NCBI GenBank assembly: GCA_003551365.1 | Contig: PUMM01000063.1 | Location: 1-63,590 of the forward strand | Source: Clostridia bacterium | GTDB taxonomy: Bacteria > Bacillota > Sulfobacillia > SLMV01 | Direction: 5' to 3' | DNA: 63,590 nucleotides | Part shown: positions 29,223 to 39,175 of the stretch, in pieces | Numbering within the stretch: the stretch's first letter is position 1 | Layout of the letters: every line of letters starts with the position of its first letter | The notes under the pieces: generated by a model | Told to the model about the DNA's origin: nothing | The model's input: the letters and a program-made list of their open reading frames with translations, nothing else | Database searches by the model: none | Made by a program: the position numbers and the translations under genes

Positions 29223-30079
29223 TGAGCACTGGCGAAGAAGCGGGCGTGCTGAGTGACCGGGCCAGACAGTGGCGGCTGATCAGCGACGGCGCACACAGCG
29301 GGGCAGTGAACATGGCCACAGACGAGGCGCTGCTTCTTTCGCACGCCGATGGCGAGTCCCCGCCCATCCTGCGCCTGTATCGCTGGGAACCACCTTCACT
29401 CACCATAGGCTATTTCCAGTCATACCGCCGCGAGGTGGATGAAGAGGGGTGTCGTGCGCGGGGATTTGACTGGGTGCGGCGGCCCACGGGCGGTCGGGCC
29501 GTCCTGCATCAGCACGAACTGACCTATGCGGTGATTATCGGTGAGCACCTGCTCAGCGGTTCAGTCCTGCAGACCTACCGGGCGCTCAGCGAGGCCCTGG
29601 TTGAGGGTGTGCGACGATTGGGTTTGGAGGCGGAATTGGCCCCCGGGCGGCCCCCCACCCGCCGTGACCGGGAGGCCAGTTCCGCCGCCTGTTTTGACAG
29701 TGCAACGCCGCATGAGGTTACCGTGGAGGGACGTAAGGTGATAGGCAGCGCCCAGGTGCGGCAGCGCGGCGTCCTGCTGCAGCACGGATCGGTGCCCCTG
29801 TGGTTGGACCGGGATGCGGCGGTTGATACGCTCAATCTGGGATCCGATGCCGTGCGGCGCCGCGTGCGGGCGACGCTGGAGAAAAAGGCGGCTGGCCTGG
29901 ATGAGCTGACGCGAGCCCAACTGGATTACGACCGGGTGGCGGATGCTCTGCAGCGGGGTTTCGCCTCCACCTTCTCGCTGCAGCTGCAGCGGGACGAACT
30001 GTCGATCGGTGAGCGGGAGCGGGTGGAGAGACTCTATTCCGACAAGTATTCCAAAGATGAATGGAACCGCAAGCGGTGA
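29219..30079 (+). CDS. lipM: Octanoyltransferase/lipoate-protein ligase family (LipM-like)
   Basis: NMATDEALL, VRRPTGGRAVLH, AACF, KVIGSAQ, LQHGS. Confidence 0.8.
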   Translation: MMSTGEEAGVLSDRARQWRLISDGAHSGAVNMATDEALLLSHADGESPPILRLYRWEPPSLTIGYFQSYRREVDEEGCRARGFDWVRRPTGGRAVLHQHELTYAVIIGEHLLSGSVLQTYRALSEALVEGVRRLGLEAELAPGRPPTRRDREASSAACFDSATPHEVTVEGRKVIGSAQVRQRGVLLQHGSVPLWLDRDAAVDTLNLGSDAVRRRVRATLEKKAAGLDELTRAQLDYDRVADALQRGFASTFSLQLQRDELSIGERERVERLYSDKYSKDEWNRKR

Positions 30080-30101
30080 GTGAAATGGAAGGAGGCTGGC
30101 G

Positions 30102-31514
30102 ATGACGAGAGATGACGGAAGATATGATCTTCTGGTGCTGGGCGGGGGACCCGGGGGGTATCCCGCCGCGATACGCGCTGCCCAGCTGGGAGCTGATGTG
30201 GCCCTGGTGGAGAAGCGCTGGCTGGGCGGCACCTGCCTGAATGAGGGGTGCATTCCCACCAAGGCCTACGTCCGGGCAGCCAAAATGATGGAGGACTGCC
30301 GGGACGCGGCGGAGCACGGGGTGCAGGTGTCCGGAGCTGAACTGGATCTGGCCGCCACTACGGAACGCAAGGACGGTGTGGTGGATCGGCTGAAGAAGGG
30401 TGTCCGGCAGCTGCTGGAGGGCAATGGTGTGGATATCTACGACGGCCTGGGAGTGGTGGAGGACGCCCACCACGTCACCGTGCGGGACGCCGATGGAGAG
30501 GAGACCCAACTGGAGACGGCGAAGCTGCTGCTGGCGGTGGGATCGGAGAAGCTGGATCCGCCCATCGACGGGATAGATCTTCCGGGCGTCATCGGGTCGA
30601 GAGAGATTCTCAATTTGCGGGAGCTGCCCGAGCATCTGATCATCATGGGTGGGAACGTCATCGGGCTGGAGTTTGCCAGTATTTTCAACGCGTTCGGCGC
30701 CGAGGTAACGCTCCTGGGGAGAAACCCCCGGCTGCTCAAGTACCTGGATGATGAGATCTCCCGCCGCATCCGGCCGGTTCTGCGCAAAAAGGGCATCAAC
30801 GTCATAACTGATGCCCCGGTGACCGGCATCGAGGGGGATGATGCGGGAGAGAAGCGAGTCAAGTATGAGCGCCGCGGTCGCGAGCAGGAGGCGGTTGGCG
30901 ACCTCGTCCTCAACGCCGTGGGGCGGAAGCCGAGCATTGACCAGCTGCCCCTGGATGAGTTGGGAGTAAAAACGGATTCCGATGCAATAGTGGTGAATGA
31001 AGAGATGGTCACCTCCAATCCGGATGTTCTGGCCATCGGGGATGCCACGGGTGGCATGATGCTGGCGCACGTGGCCACGGCCGAGGGTGTAGTGGCGGCT
31101 GACTGCCTGTTCGGGGAGCCGCATCACATCAATCCCCGCGCGCTTCCCGACGTGGCCTTTACCATTCCCGAGGCGGCCAGCGTCGGGTATCATGAGGATG
31201 AGGCCCGCGCGACCTTCGATCGGGTGGATGTGGCCAAGTTTTCCATGACCGCCCTGGGCAAGGCAGTGGCCATCGGCGAGACGGATGGACTGGTCAAGAT
31301 TGTGTTCGACGCGAACAGTCAGAAGGTTCTGGGCATGCACATTCTGGGATCTGAAGCGCCAAATCTCATTCAGGAGGGCGTGCTGGCCATCGACAGCGGC
31401 ATGACCGTAGAAGAGCTGGCCTGGTGCGTCCACGCACATCCCACTCTGTCGGAGGCAGTCATGGAGGCGGCGCACGTCGGCATCGGAGCGCCGATTCACA
31501 TGCTGCCGCGCTGA
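30102..31514 (+). CDS. lpdA: Dihydrolipoyl dehydrogenase (L protein)
   Basis: [18 protein letters not shown] redox disulfide, HAHPTLSE. Confidence 0.96.
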   Translation: MTRDDGRYDLLVLGGGPGGYPAAIRAAQLGADVALVEKRWLGGTCLNEGCIPTKAYVRAAKMMEDCRDAAEHGVQVSGAELDLAATTERKDGVVDRLKKGVRQLLEGNGVDIYDGLGVVEDAHHVTVRDADGEETQLETAKLLLAVGSEKLDPPIDGIDLPGVIGSREILNLRELPEHLIIMGGNVIGLEFASIFNAFGAEVTLLGRNPRLLKYLDDEISRRIRPVLRKKGINVITDAPVTGIEGDDAGEKRVKYERRGREQEAVGDLVLNAVGRKPSIDQLPLDELGVKTDSDAIVVNEEMVTSNPDVLAIGDATGGMMLAHVATAEGVVAADCLFGEPHHINPRALPDVAFTIPEAASVGYHEDEARATFDRVDVAKFSMTALGKAVAIGETDGLVKIVFDANSQKVLGMHILGSEAPNLIQEGVLAIDSGMTVEELAWCVHAHPTLSEAVMEAAHVGIGAPIHMLPR

Positions 31515-31539
31515 CCCTTACGGGAGAGGTGATTGCGAT

Positions 31540-32793
31540 ATGTGGGAACACCTGCAGGAGGTCGACCAGGAGATCTACAGGGCGGTAGGCGCAGAACTGG
31601 AGCGGCAGAGGAACACGCTCGAACTCATCGCATCGGAGAACTTCGTCAGCCCGGCGGTGCTCGAGGCCGCAGGCACCGTGCCGACCAACAAGTACGCAGA
31701 AGGATACCCGGGCCGCCGCTATTACGGGGGCTGTGAGCACGTCGACGAGATGGAGGAGCTGGCCCGCCAGCGGGCCAGGGAGCTGTTCGGGGCGGAGCAC
31801 GCCAATGTGCAGGCTCACTCCGGGTCCGGGGCCAACATGGCCGTCTACTTTTCCGTCTTACAGCCGGGTGATACCATACTGGGACAGGATTTGAACCATG
31901 GAGGACATCTCACGCACGGAAGTCCGGTGAACTTCTCCGGCATGCTGTACAATATCGAGGCGTACGGCGTGGATCGGGAGAATGAGGTGCTGGACTACGA
32001 TCGCATCGAGGAGCAGGCCCGTAAGGTGCGGCCGAAGATGATCATGACCGGTGCCAGTGCCTACCCGCGCACCATAGATTTCGCCCGCTTTCGCGAGATT
32101 GCCGACGCGGTGGATGCCTATCTGGTGGCCGACATTGCCCACATCGCGGGGATGGTCGCCGTGGGCCTGCACCCATCGCCGGTACCCTACGCGGACTTTG
32201 TGACCACCACCACGCACAAGACCCTGCGCGGTCCGCGCGGGGGCATGGTGCTGTCCCGCACCGGGGAGTTGGGTAAGGGCATCGACAAGTCCATCTTCCC
32301 GGGTATTCAGGGTGGTCCCCTGATGCACATAATCGCGGCGAAGGCAGTGTGCTTCCACGAGGCGCTGCAGCCGGAGTTTGCCGATTATCAGCAGTCCATT
32401 CTGGACAACGCCTCCGCCCTGGCCGACGGCCTGCGCGAGCGGGGACTGCGGCTGGTCTCCGGCGGAACCGACAATCATCTGGTGCTGGTGGATCTCACCG
32501 AGGCCGGCGTGACCGGCAAGGAGGCGGAGGAACGGCTCGAGTCCGTGAACATAACCGTGAACAAGAACACCATTCCGTTTGAGACCCGCAGCCCGTTCGT
32601 CACCAGCGGAATCCGCATCGGCACCCCCGCCCTGACCTCGCGCGGCATGGACGAAGAGGCGATGGATCGGGTGGCGGAGGCCATTTACCGGACAGTCACG
32701 GCCGACTCCGATGACGAGCAGACCTTCACTGAGGTGCGCGGTACGGTGCAGGAACTGTGTAGCGCCTTTCCGCTCTATCCGGAGCTGAGCTGA
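31540..32793 (+). CDS. glyA: Serine hydroxymethyltransferase
   Basis: [36 protein letters not shown]. Confidence 0.97.
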   Translation: MWEHLQEVDQEIYRAVGAELERQRNTLELIASENFVSPAVLEAAGTVPTNKYAEGYPGRRYYGGCEHVDEMEELARQRARELFGAEHANVQAHSGSGANMAVYFSVLQPGDTILGQDLNHGGHLTHGSPVNFSGMLYNIEAYGVDRENEVLDYDRIEEQARKVRPKMIMTGASAYPRTIDFARFREIADAVDAYLVADIAHIAGMVAVGLHPSPVPYADFVTTTTHKTLRGPRGGMVLSRTGELGKGIDKSIFPGIQGGPLMHIIAAKAVCFHEALQPEFADYQQSILDNASALADGLRERGLRLVSGGTDNHLVLVDLTEAGVTGKEAEERLESVNITVNKNTIPFETRSPFVTSGIRIGTPALTSRGMDEEAMDRVAEAIYRTVTADSDDEQTFTEVRGTVQELCSAFPLYPELS

Positions 32794-32812
32794 ACACAGC
32801 AGAGAATGCCCA

Positions 32813-32850
32813 CCCGGTGGCGGTCCCGCGCGTCCGGGATCGCTGCCGGG
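32813..32850 (+). terminator. Hairpin after glyA
   Basis: CCCGGTGGCGGTCCC / GGGATCGCTGCCGGG stem with G-U pairs; no U-tract. Confidence 0.35.
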
Positions 32851-32863
32851 ATGGTGAGAGGAT

Positions 32864-33958
32864 GTGAGATTCGTGGGTACAGCTGAGAGATTGCAGCGCC
32901 TTCGTCATGCCCTGGCGGAGTGCGAGGAGACCGATAACCTGTTGATTGCCAGTGCCGAGAACCGTCGGTACATGAGCGGATTCACCGGCTCGGCCGGGGC
33001 CCTGCTGATCACTCCCGATGAACAGTACATTATTGTGGACTCCCGGTATACGCAGCAGGCTGCCGATCAGTCCCCGGAGTTCAGCCGCGTGGACGTCACG
33101 GAGAACCTGCGGGAAACCCTGGGAGAGTTTCTGTGCGACCTGGACCCCGGTGCGGTGGGATTCGAGGCCGGACATACCACTTATGAGGAATATAGTAAGA
33201 TGCGGGAGGAAATTGCGGCAGTGGAGTGGGTGCCGACCGAGGGCATAGTGGAGGATCTGCGCCAGGTCAAAGAGGCCGCAGAAATACAGACCATCCGCGC
33301 GGCCGCAGAAATAGCCGACGCGTCCTTTCAGGAAATTCTGCCGTCCGTTGCCCCGGGCCGGGTGGAGGAGGACATTGCCCTGGATTTTGAGTTCTGCATG
33401 CGGCGGCGCGGTGCGGAGGGGCTGGCATTCCCGCTGATCATTGCCTCTGGGGTGCGATCGTCCATGCCGCACGGGCAGGCCTCCGGCAAGGAGATCGAGG
33501 AGGGTGACTTCATCACCTTCGACTACGGATCCCGCCGGGGAGGATACTGTTCCGATGCCACCCGCACCGTAGTGGTGGGTGAGGTGGACGAACGACAGAG
33601 CGAGGTCTACTGCGTGGTCCAGCGGGCGCAGCGGGCAGCTGTAGAGGCCATTGAGCCGGGGAAGACCGGTGCGGAGATCGACCGGGTGGCCCGGGACATC
33701 ATTGACGATGCGGGATATGGCGAGTACTTCGGACACGGGCTGGGACACGGAGTGGGTCTGGCGGTGCACGAACGTCCCTCTCTCAGCCGCAGGCGCGGGA
33801 CGACTCCCCTCGAGCCCGGCATGGTGGTCACGGTAGAGCCGGGAATATACATTCCGGACTGGGGTGGAGTGCGCATCGAGGATCTGGTCGTAGTGACGGA
33901 GGACGGCAGCGAGACGCTCACGGGAGTAGACAAGGAGCTGGTGGTGATTGATGCGTGA
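32864..33958 (+). CDS. Xaa-Pro peptidase (M24B, YqhT-like)
   Basis: YMSGFTGS, DSRY, GYCSD.TRT, HGLGHGVGLAVHE, EPGIY, GVRIED. Confidence 0.93.
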   Translation: MRFVGTAERLQRLRHALAECEETDNLLIASAENRRYMSGFTGSAGALLITPDEQYIIVDSRYTQQAADQSPEFSRVDVTENLRETLGEFLCDLDPGAVGFEAGHTTYEEYSKMREEIAAVEWVPTEGIVEDLRQVKEAAEIQTIRAAAEIADASFQEILPSVAPGRVEEDIALDFEFCMRRRGAEGLAFPLIIASGVRSSMPHGQASGKEIEEGDFITFDYGSRRGGYCSDATRTVVVGEVDERQSEVYCVVQRAQRAAVEAIEPGKTGAEIDRVARDIIDDAGYGEYFGHGLGHGVGLAVHERPSLSRRRGTTPLEPGMVVTVEPGIYIPDWGGVRIEDLVVVTEDGSETLTGVDKELVVIDA

Positions 33959-34524
33959 TATCTACCAATGATTTTCGCCCCGGACTGACGGTGGAGATGG
34001 ACGGGGAGATTATGCAGGTGCTGGAGTCGCAGCACGTCAAGCCGGGCAAGGGTCCGGCCTTCGTGCGGGCCAAGCTCAAAAATCTCATGACCGGTACCAT
34101 CATACGGGAGACGCTGCGGGCCGGGGAGAAGATGCCCGCGGCCCATCTGGAGAAGCGGCGCATGCAGTTTCTGTACCGCGACGCTGACATGTTTCATTTC
34201 ATGGATACGGAGACGTTTGAACAGACCGCCCTGCCGGAGGAGCAGCTGGGCGATACTATAAAGTGGCTGAAGGAGAATACCGAGGTAAAGGTGCTCACCT
34301 TCAAGGACGAGATGGTCGGGGTGGATCTGCCCACCACCGTGGTTCTGGAGGTCAGCGATACCGTTCCCGGCCTGAAGGGTGACACGGTCACCGGGGGCAC
34401 CAAGGAGGCCACCCTGGAGACCGGTGCGACCGTCTCGGTGCCGCTGTTCATCAACGAGGGCGACAGGGTGCGCATCGACACGCGGACCGGCGAGTACACC
34501 GAGCGCGTCGAGTCCCGCGATTAG
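33955..34524 (+). CDS. efp: Elongation factor P
   Basis: HVKPGKGPAFVRAK, PGLKGDT, VPLFINEG...DTRTGEY. Confidence 0.97.
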   Translation: MISTNDFRPGLTVEMDGEIMQVLESQHVKPGKGPAFVRAKLKNLMTGTIIRETLRAGEKMPAAHLEKRRMQFLYRDADMFHFMDTETFEQTALPEEQLGDTIKWLKENTEVKVLTFKDEMVGVDLPTTVVLEVSDTVPGLKGDTVTGGTKEATLETGATVSVPLFINEGDRVRIDTRTGEYTERVESRD

Positions 34525-34538
34525 AGAGCCCCATCATC

Positions 34539-35360
34539 ATGACGTGGTACGACAGTCACATTCACACCTGCTATTCGCCGGACAGCGACAGCCGGCCCTC
34601 TGACGTGGTTCGCCGGGCCAGCCGGCGCGGGCTGTCCGGGTTGTGCTTTACCGATCACGTGGAGTTTGCCCCCGGGGAGTTTTTGCCCGGGCCGGAACAG
34701 GTGGCGGAGCGATTCCGCAACCTGCGATGCCTGCAGCGGGAATCCTCTGCCGATCTGGAAATCGCCGTCGGGGTTGAGGTGGGATACTACCCGGGGCGAG
34801 CCGCGGAGATCCGCGATTTTCTGCAGCAGTGGCCGTTCGATTTTGTCATCGGTGCGGTGCACGTGGTGGGGGGACTCCGCTACACCTGTCAGTCCGCCCC
34901 CGCATCGAGGGCAGACGACTATTACCGCGATTATCTCGCCTCCGTGCGGGAGATGCTCGCACACGTTGCGGTCGATGCTGTCGGGCATTTCGATTTGCCC
35001 CGGCGCCACGGCCCCGCCCTGCGGCTTGCGGATGGGACGCGGGTGGCCGGCATGGGGCGCGGATCGCCCCACTGGCCCACCGTCCGGGCGATACTGGATG
35101 TGATGGTGCAGCATGGGGTGTTGATGGAAGTCAACGCTTCCGGGCTGCGCCAGCCCCCGGAGGACCCCTATCCCGCACAGGAGATAATGTCCGCCTATCA
35201 CCAGCGCGGGGGACGCCTGGTGACAGTGGGCAGCGACAGCCACCGCCCACAGCTGGTCGGCGTCGGGCGGGAACAGCTGCGGCGCCGCGCCCGCGAGGCC
35301 GGGATCTCGCGCGCCGCCTGGTTTCGCGACCGGCAGCCCCGTCAGTGGTCGCTGGTGTGA
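34539..35360 (+). CDS. PHP-family histidinol-phosphatase (HisJ family)
   Basis: DSHIHT, FTDH, GVEVGY, GHFD, EVNAS, GSDSH. Confidence 0.85.
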   Translation: MTWYDSHIHTCYSPDSDSRPSDVVRRASRRGLSGLCFTDHVEFAPGEFLPGPEQVAERFRNLRCLQRESSADLEIAVGVEVGYYPGRAAEIRDFLQQWPFDFVIGAVHVVGGLRYTCQSAPASRADDYYRDYLASVREMLAHVAVDAVGHFDLPRRHGPALRLADGTRVAGMGRGSPHWPTVRAILDVMVQHGVLMEVNASGLRQPPEDPYPAQEIMSAYHQRGGRLVTVGSDSHRPQLVGVGREQLRRRAREAGISRAAWFRDRQPRQWSLV

Positions 35361-36037
35361 TGCACTGCCAGCAGAATTCCCTGTCCCCGCACCTGCACGT
35401 GTGCGGGTGATTCCCGCAGTTCGTTGCTCACCCCGAGGGTTTCTCCCCAGCACAGGCTGCCGCCGCGCAGCGGATACCGGAAACCGTCGATGTGTATGTC
35501 GGTGGCCCGTTCGGTCAGGGGAATGAGGGACACCGTGTCGCCCGGCTGGCCGCAGAGCTGCAGTCGGCTGCACACCGGGTGCGCCACCTGGCCCGCATCG
35601 CGCAGCCTCAGGGTGATTCCCCGCTCCTGCGTCAGGGTAGCACAGTAAAGGATCAGGGCCAGGGCGTGGTCGAAGCGGTCCCCGAAGGCCCCGCAGATGA
35701 TCATCTCTGCTCCCGCGCCATCCCCCAGATGATGCAGCGCCCATTCGGCGGCCAGCTGCCCGTCGGTCCGGTCCTTGTCGGGCGGGTGGCGGATGATGTT
35801 CGCGGCGCTGCTCCGTTCGATGCGGTCGGCGCTCTCCGGGCACAGCGAATCCATGTCTCCCACCATCGCATCGGGGGTGAGTCCCAGGCGCAGCAGTACC
35901 TCCGCTCCACCGTTCGCGGCGACCAGCAGATCCCCCGCCTGCACCACCTTCCGGATGTAGCCGTGCTGTGGGGAGTCCGGTGGCGGTCCGCCCGCCGCCA
36001 CTATCACTGCCCGCCCGGACTCACTGGGCGCCGTCAT
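35342..36037 (-). CDS. thiN: Thiamine pyrophosphokinase
   Basis: AANGGA, VGDMDS, DKDRTD, GDRFDH, GFRYPL, LGVSNE. Confidence 0.9.
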   Translation of the reverse strand: MTAPSESGRAVIVAAGGPPPDSPQHGYIRKVVQAGDLLVAANGGAEVLLRLGLTPDAMVGDMDSLCPESADRIERSSAANIIRHPPDKDRTDGQLAAEWALHHLGDGAGAEMIICGAFGDRFDHALALILYCATLTQERGITLRLRDAGQVAHPVCSRLQLCGQPGDTVSLIPLTERATDIHIDGFRYPLRGGSLCWGETLGVSNELRESPAHVQVRGQGILLAVHHTSDH

Positions 36038-37016
36038 GGTCCCCATCTCCTTCCGTCGGAACGCCGCAGGCATTCGATGCGGTCAGAACCAGGCTGTAGG
36101 GGAGGTCGCGCCCGCGGCAGTGGGCGGCGATCTCTTGCAGCAGGGCGCCCAGATTGCGGGGAGTCACGCGCAGTACTGAGCTCATCGGGTTCACCTGCAC
36201 CTGTGCATCGAAGGCGGTGACAATGCCCAGCACCTCACGCACCGCCTCATCCGCATCTACCCCAGCTCCGGCCAGCGGATACAGGGCTATCTGACAGGAC
36301 AGGGGGGGAGCACATTTCTTTTCCCACGCCACGGCGAAGAAACCACCGGTGCACTCGCCCTGCCTTCGTTCCTCCTCCTCCCGGCGGAAGGAGTCCGGTT
36401 CCGCATCCGGCGGGATGAAGAGACATTCTTCGCTGGCGATGACCTCATCCCCCCGCATTCTTTCCAGTTCGGACCGGGTGGGGAAATCGGCGTGGCGGAA
36501 CACGGATTCTGGATCTTTCTCCGCCGCCGCGCGGTAGGCGCGGCCCCAGGGGCTGTCGTCCGCAATGGTCCCCACCACCATTCTTCCTCCGGGCTTGAGC
36601 ACGCGGCGCAGCTCCTCCACCGCGGCGGCGCGATCGCCGATGAACTCGAAAGTGGTGACCGAGTAGACTGCATCGAAGTGGTCATCCGAAAATGGTAGAT
36701 CCAGTGCATCCGCCTGACAGAAGGAAACCGGCAGCCCGGAATCGGCCGACTTGCGCAGGGCTCGCCACAGCATGTGCGGGGACACGTCTATGCCCGTGAC
36801 CTCACAACCCTGGCGGGCCAGCTTGAAAGAGAAATTGCCGGTACCGCAGCCAACATCGAGCACTTTCTTGCCGGCCGGTGGGGGCAGCAGGTCAAAAACC
36901 AGTTCGGTCTCGATCTCATCGATGAATGCCCCCTGTGGGCTTTCATACCACGCATCGTAGTCGGGGGCGGTGTTTGCGAAATAGGTGGAAGGGTCGTCGC
37001 CCGTGCGTTCATTCAC
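36021..37016 (-). CDS. Class I SAM methyltransferase fused to a C-terminal YkoF/thiamine-binding-like domain
   Basis: YDAWY, VLDVGCGTG, LPFSDDHFD, RRVLKPGG; last ~90 aa SCQIALYPL...NPMSS...SNAC. Confidence 0.78.
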   Translation of the reverse strand: MNERTGDDPSTYFANTAPDYDAWYESPQGAFIDEIETELVFDLLPPPAGKKVLDVGCGTGNFSFKLARQGCEVTGIDVSPHMLWRALRKSADSGLPVSFCQADALDLPFSDDHFDAVYSVTTFEFIGDRAAAVEELRRVLKPGGRMVVGTIADDSPWGRAYRAAAEKDPESVFRHADFPTRSELERMRGDEVIASEECLFIPPDAEPDSFRREEEERRQGECTGGFFAVAWEKKCAPPLSCQIALYPLAGAGVDADEAVREVLGIVTAFDAQVQVNPMSSVLRVTPRNLGALLQEIAAHCRGRDLPYSLVLTASNACGVPTEGDGDHDGAQ

Positions 37017-37049
37017 AGCTGCTCACCTCTCCCTTCTCTCGTTACGGTG

Positions 37050-37078
37050 ATGATATCGACGGCGGGTCACCCGGTCAA
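37050..37078 (-). promoter_or_regulatory. Sigma-A promoter of methyltransferase-thiN
   Basis: Minus strand TTGACC-N17-TATCAT. Confidence 0.6.
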
Positions 37079-37095
37079 GGAAGTTACTGCTGCGG

Positions 37096-37124
37096 GGAGG
37101 AGGGAGGGAGTCGTCAAAGAATTC
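37096..37124 (+). promoter_or_regulatory. Putative sigma-H promoter upstream of etfB
   Basis: AGGA(37098)-N17-GAAT(37119); purine-rich context lowers specificity. Confidence 0.35.
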
Positions 37125-37178
37125 CCTAGGAATGGGGACACCGGACAATTACGTCACAGCATTCGCCAGAGAGGAGTG

Positions 37179-37973
37179 ATGATCATAGATATCGTGGTGT
37201 GTATTAAGCAGGTCCCGCGTACGGGGGAGGTAGAAGTGGATCCCGAGACGGGGAACCTCATACGCGAGGGAGTGGAATCGCAGATAAACCCGTACGATCT
37301 GCACGCCATCGAGGCAGCCATAGCCTGCCGGGAGAGTCGGGGAGGACGGGTCACCGCTCTGAGCATGGGCCCGCCGCAGGCTGAGGAGGCCCTGCGCGAG
37401 GCGCTGTGGATGGGCGTCGACGAGGGAATTCTGCTGTCCGACCGCGACTTTGCCGGTGCCGATACCCTGGCCACCAGCTACACCCTGGCCCGGGCAGTGC
37501 AGCATCTTCCGCACCAGCTCATCATATGCGGCATGCAGACCACGGATGGAGACACCGCCCAGGTGGGCCCCGGGATGGCCGAATTCCTCGACGTCCCGCA
37601 CGCATCCTACGTGAAGCAGTTCGATTTCGCCGCCGGGCAGCGGCTGAATGTCACCCTGGATCTGGGAGGGGACGAGCAGATAGTGGAGATTGATCTCCCC
37701 TGTCTTCTGACCGTGACGGCGGATCTCAATCAGCCGCGTCTCCCGTCCTTCCGACGCAAGCTGGAGACGGCGGAGCGCGACATACCCACCTGGGATCGCT
37801 CGGATCTGCAGGTGTCTGAGGATGCGGGGTATTTCGGTCTGGAGGGCTCGCCCACGCGGGTGCGGGAGATCTTTCCTCCCGAGTCGGACATAGAACAGGT
37901 GAGCTGGACGGGTGACCCGGCCCGGCTGGGTATTCGCCTGGTGGAGGAGTTGAAGGAGTTGAGGTTTCTGTGA
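37179..37973 (+). CDS. etfB: Electron transfer flavoprotein beta subunit
   Basis: IVVCIKQVP, INPYD, FAGADTLATS, DGDTAQVGP, GSPT; start may be ATA at 37185. Confidence 0.93.
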   Translation: MIIDIVVCIKQVPRTGEVEVDPETGNLIREGVESQINPYDLHAIEAAIACRESRGGRVTALSMGPPQAEEALREALWMGVDEGILLSDRDFAGADTLATSYTLARAVQHLPHQLIICGMQTTDGDTAQVGPGMAEFLDVPHASYVKQFDFAAGQRLNVTLDLGGDEQIVEIDLPCLLTVTADLNQPRLPSFRRKLETAERDIPTWDRSDLQVSEDAGYFGLEGSPTRVREIFPPESDIEQVSWTGDPARLGIRLVEELKELRFL

Positions 37974-39175
37974 GTACTTTGCACATAGATCTGCAATTGT
38001 GTGACGGTTGCGGGATCTGCGCCGAGGTCTGCCCATTTGATGGCATATCCTGGGTGCAGCGGCGGCCGGAGTTCAACGAAAACTGCCGCGCCTGTCCCAT
38101 CTGCAGCGGGGAGTGCCCGACCGGCGCCATATACATGCGGGAGGAGGCGGCCGCTGCACCGGATGACAGCGCGGGGATCATGGTGGTGGCAGAGCTGGGA
38201 AGCGGCGGAGTGCAGCCGGTTACTGCCGAGTTGATCGGCGAGGCCCGGAGGCTGGCGGGCGATGTGGGCTGGCCGGTGCACTGCGTGGTCTTGGGGTCGG
38301 ATTGCTCCGCCCCGGCGCGGGACATCCTTGCCTACGGAGTGGACAGCGTTCAGCTGTACGATGATCCGGCCCTCCGGCACTTCCGCCCGGTCACCTGGGC
38401 CGATGCGCTGCAGGATGCGGTCCGGAGACTGCACCCGGCCGTGCTGCTGATGGCCGGAACTCCGGCCGGACGCAGTCTGGCCCCCCGGCTGGCGACTCGC
38501 CTGCGCACGGGGCTCACTGCGGACTGCACCTCGCTGCAGCTGGCCGATGACGGCCGGCTGCTGCAGACGCGGCCCGCCTATGGCGGCGATATCATGGCCA
38601 CCATCGAGACCCCCACCGGCCGCCCGCAGATGGCCACGGTCCGGCCCAGGGTGATGCCGGCGGCCGAACGAGTTGCATCGCCCAGCGGAGAGATAGTGCA
38701 GTGCAATTTCTCTCCGTCCGATTCTCACACCCGGGTGCGCGCCCTGCATCCGGCCCCCCGGGCGGAGACGGTTGCTGATGCGGACATTATCGTGACGGCG
38801 GGACGGGGAGTGCGTCGTCGGGCGGATCTGCAGATGCTGCAGTCGCTGGCCGATGCTCTGGGGGGCATGCTGGGCTGCAGCCGCCCCCTGGTAGAGGCGG
38901 GTTGGCTCTCCAGTGTGCACCAGGTCGGCCTCAGCGGTCGCACCGTGCGGCCCCGCCTGTACATTGCCTGCGGAGTGAGCGGCGCCATCCAGCACGTCGC
39001 CGGCATGCGCTCGAGTGATCTGATAATGGCCATCAACAGCGATGAGCGCGCTCCCATCTTTGAGGTGGCGCACTATGCTGTGGTGGGCGACCTGTACGAA
39101 GTGGTGCCGGCCATGCTGGATGAGATCGAGAGAGGAGGAGACGGACATGTCGTTGCAGGCTATAGACAACAGTGA
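37970..39175 (+). CDS. etfA: ETF alpha subunit with N-terminal 2x[4Fe-4S] ferredoxin domain
   Basis: CDGCGICAEVCP and CRACPICSGECP; GLTADCT, RPAYGG, QVGLSG, GVSGAIQH. Confidence 0.92.
   Translation: MSTLHIDLQLCDGCGICAEVCPFDGISWVQRRPEFNENCRACPICSGECPTGAIYMREEAAAAPDDSAGIMVVAELGSGGVQPVTAELIGEARRLAGDVGWPVHCVVLGSDCSAPARDILAYGVDSVQLYDDPALRHFRPVTWADALQDAVRRLHPAVLLMAGTPAGRSLAPRLATRLRTGLTADCTSLQLADDGRLLQTRPAYGGDIMATIETPTGRPQMATVRPRVMPAAERVASPSGEIVQCNFSPSDSHTRVRALHPAPRAETVADADIIVTAGRGVRRRADLQMLQSLADALGGMLGCSRPLVEAGWLSSVHQVGLSGRTVRPRLYIACGVSGAIQHVAGMRSSDLIMAINSDERAPIFEVAHYAVVGDLYEVVPAMLDEIERGGDGHVVAGYRQQ

Noticed and set aside
37017-37170. TPP riboswitch expected upstream of the thiamine-related genes
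   Set aside because: No CTGAGA...AGCGTAGG motif, and the predicted leader is too short.
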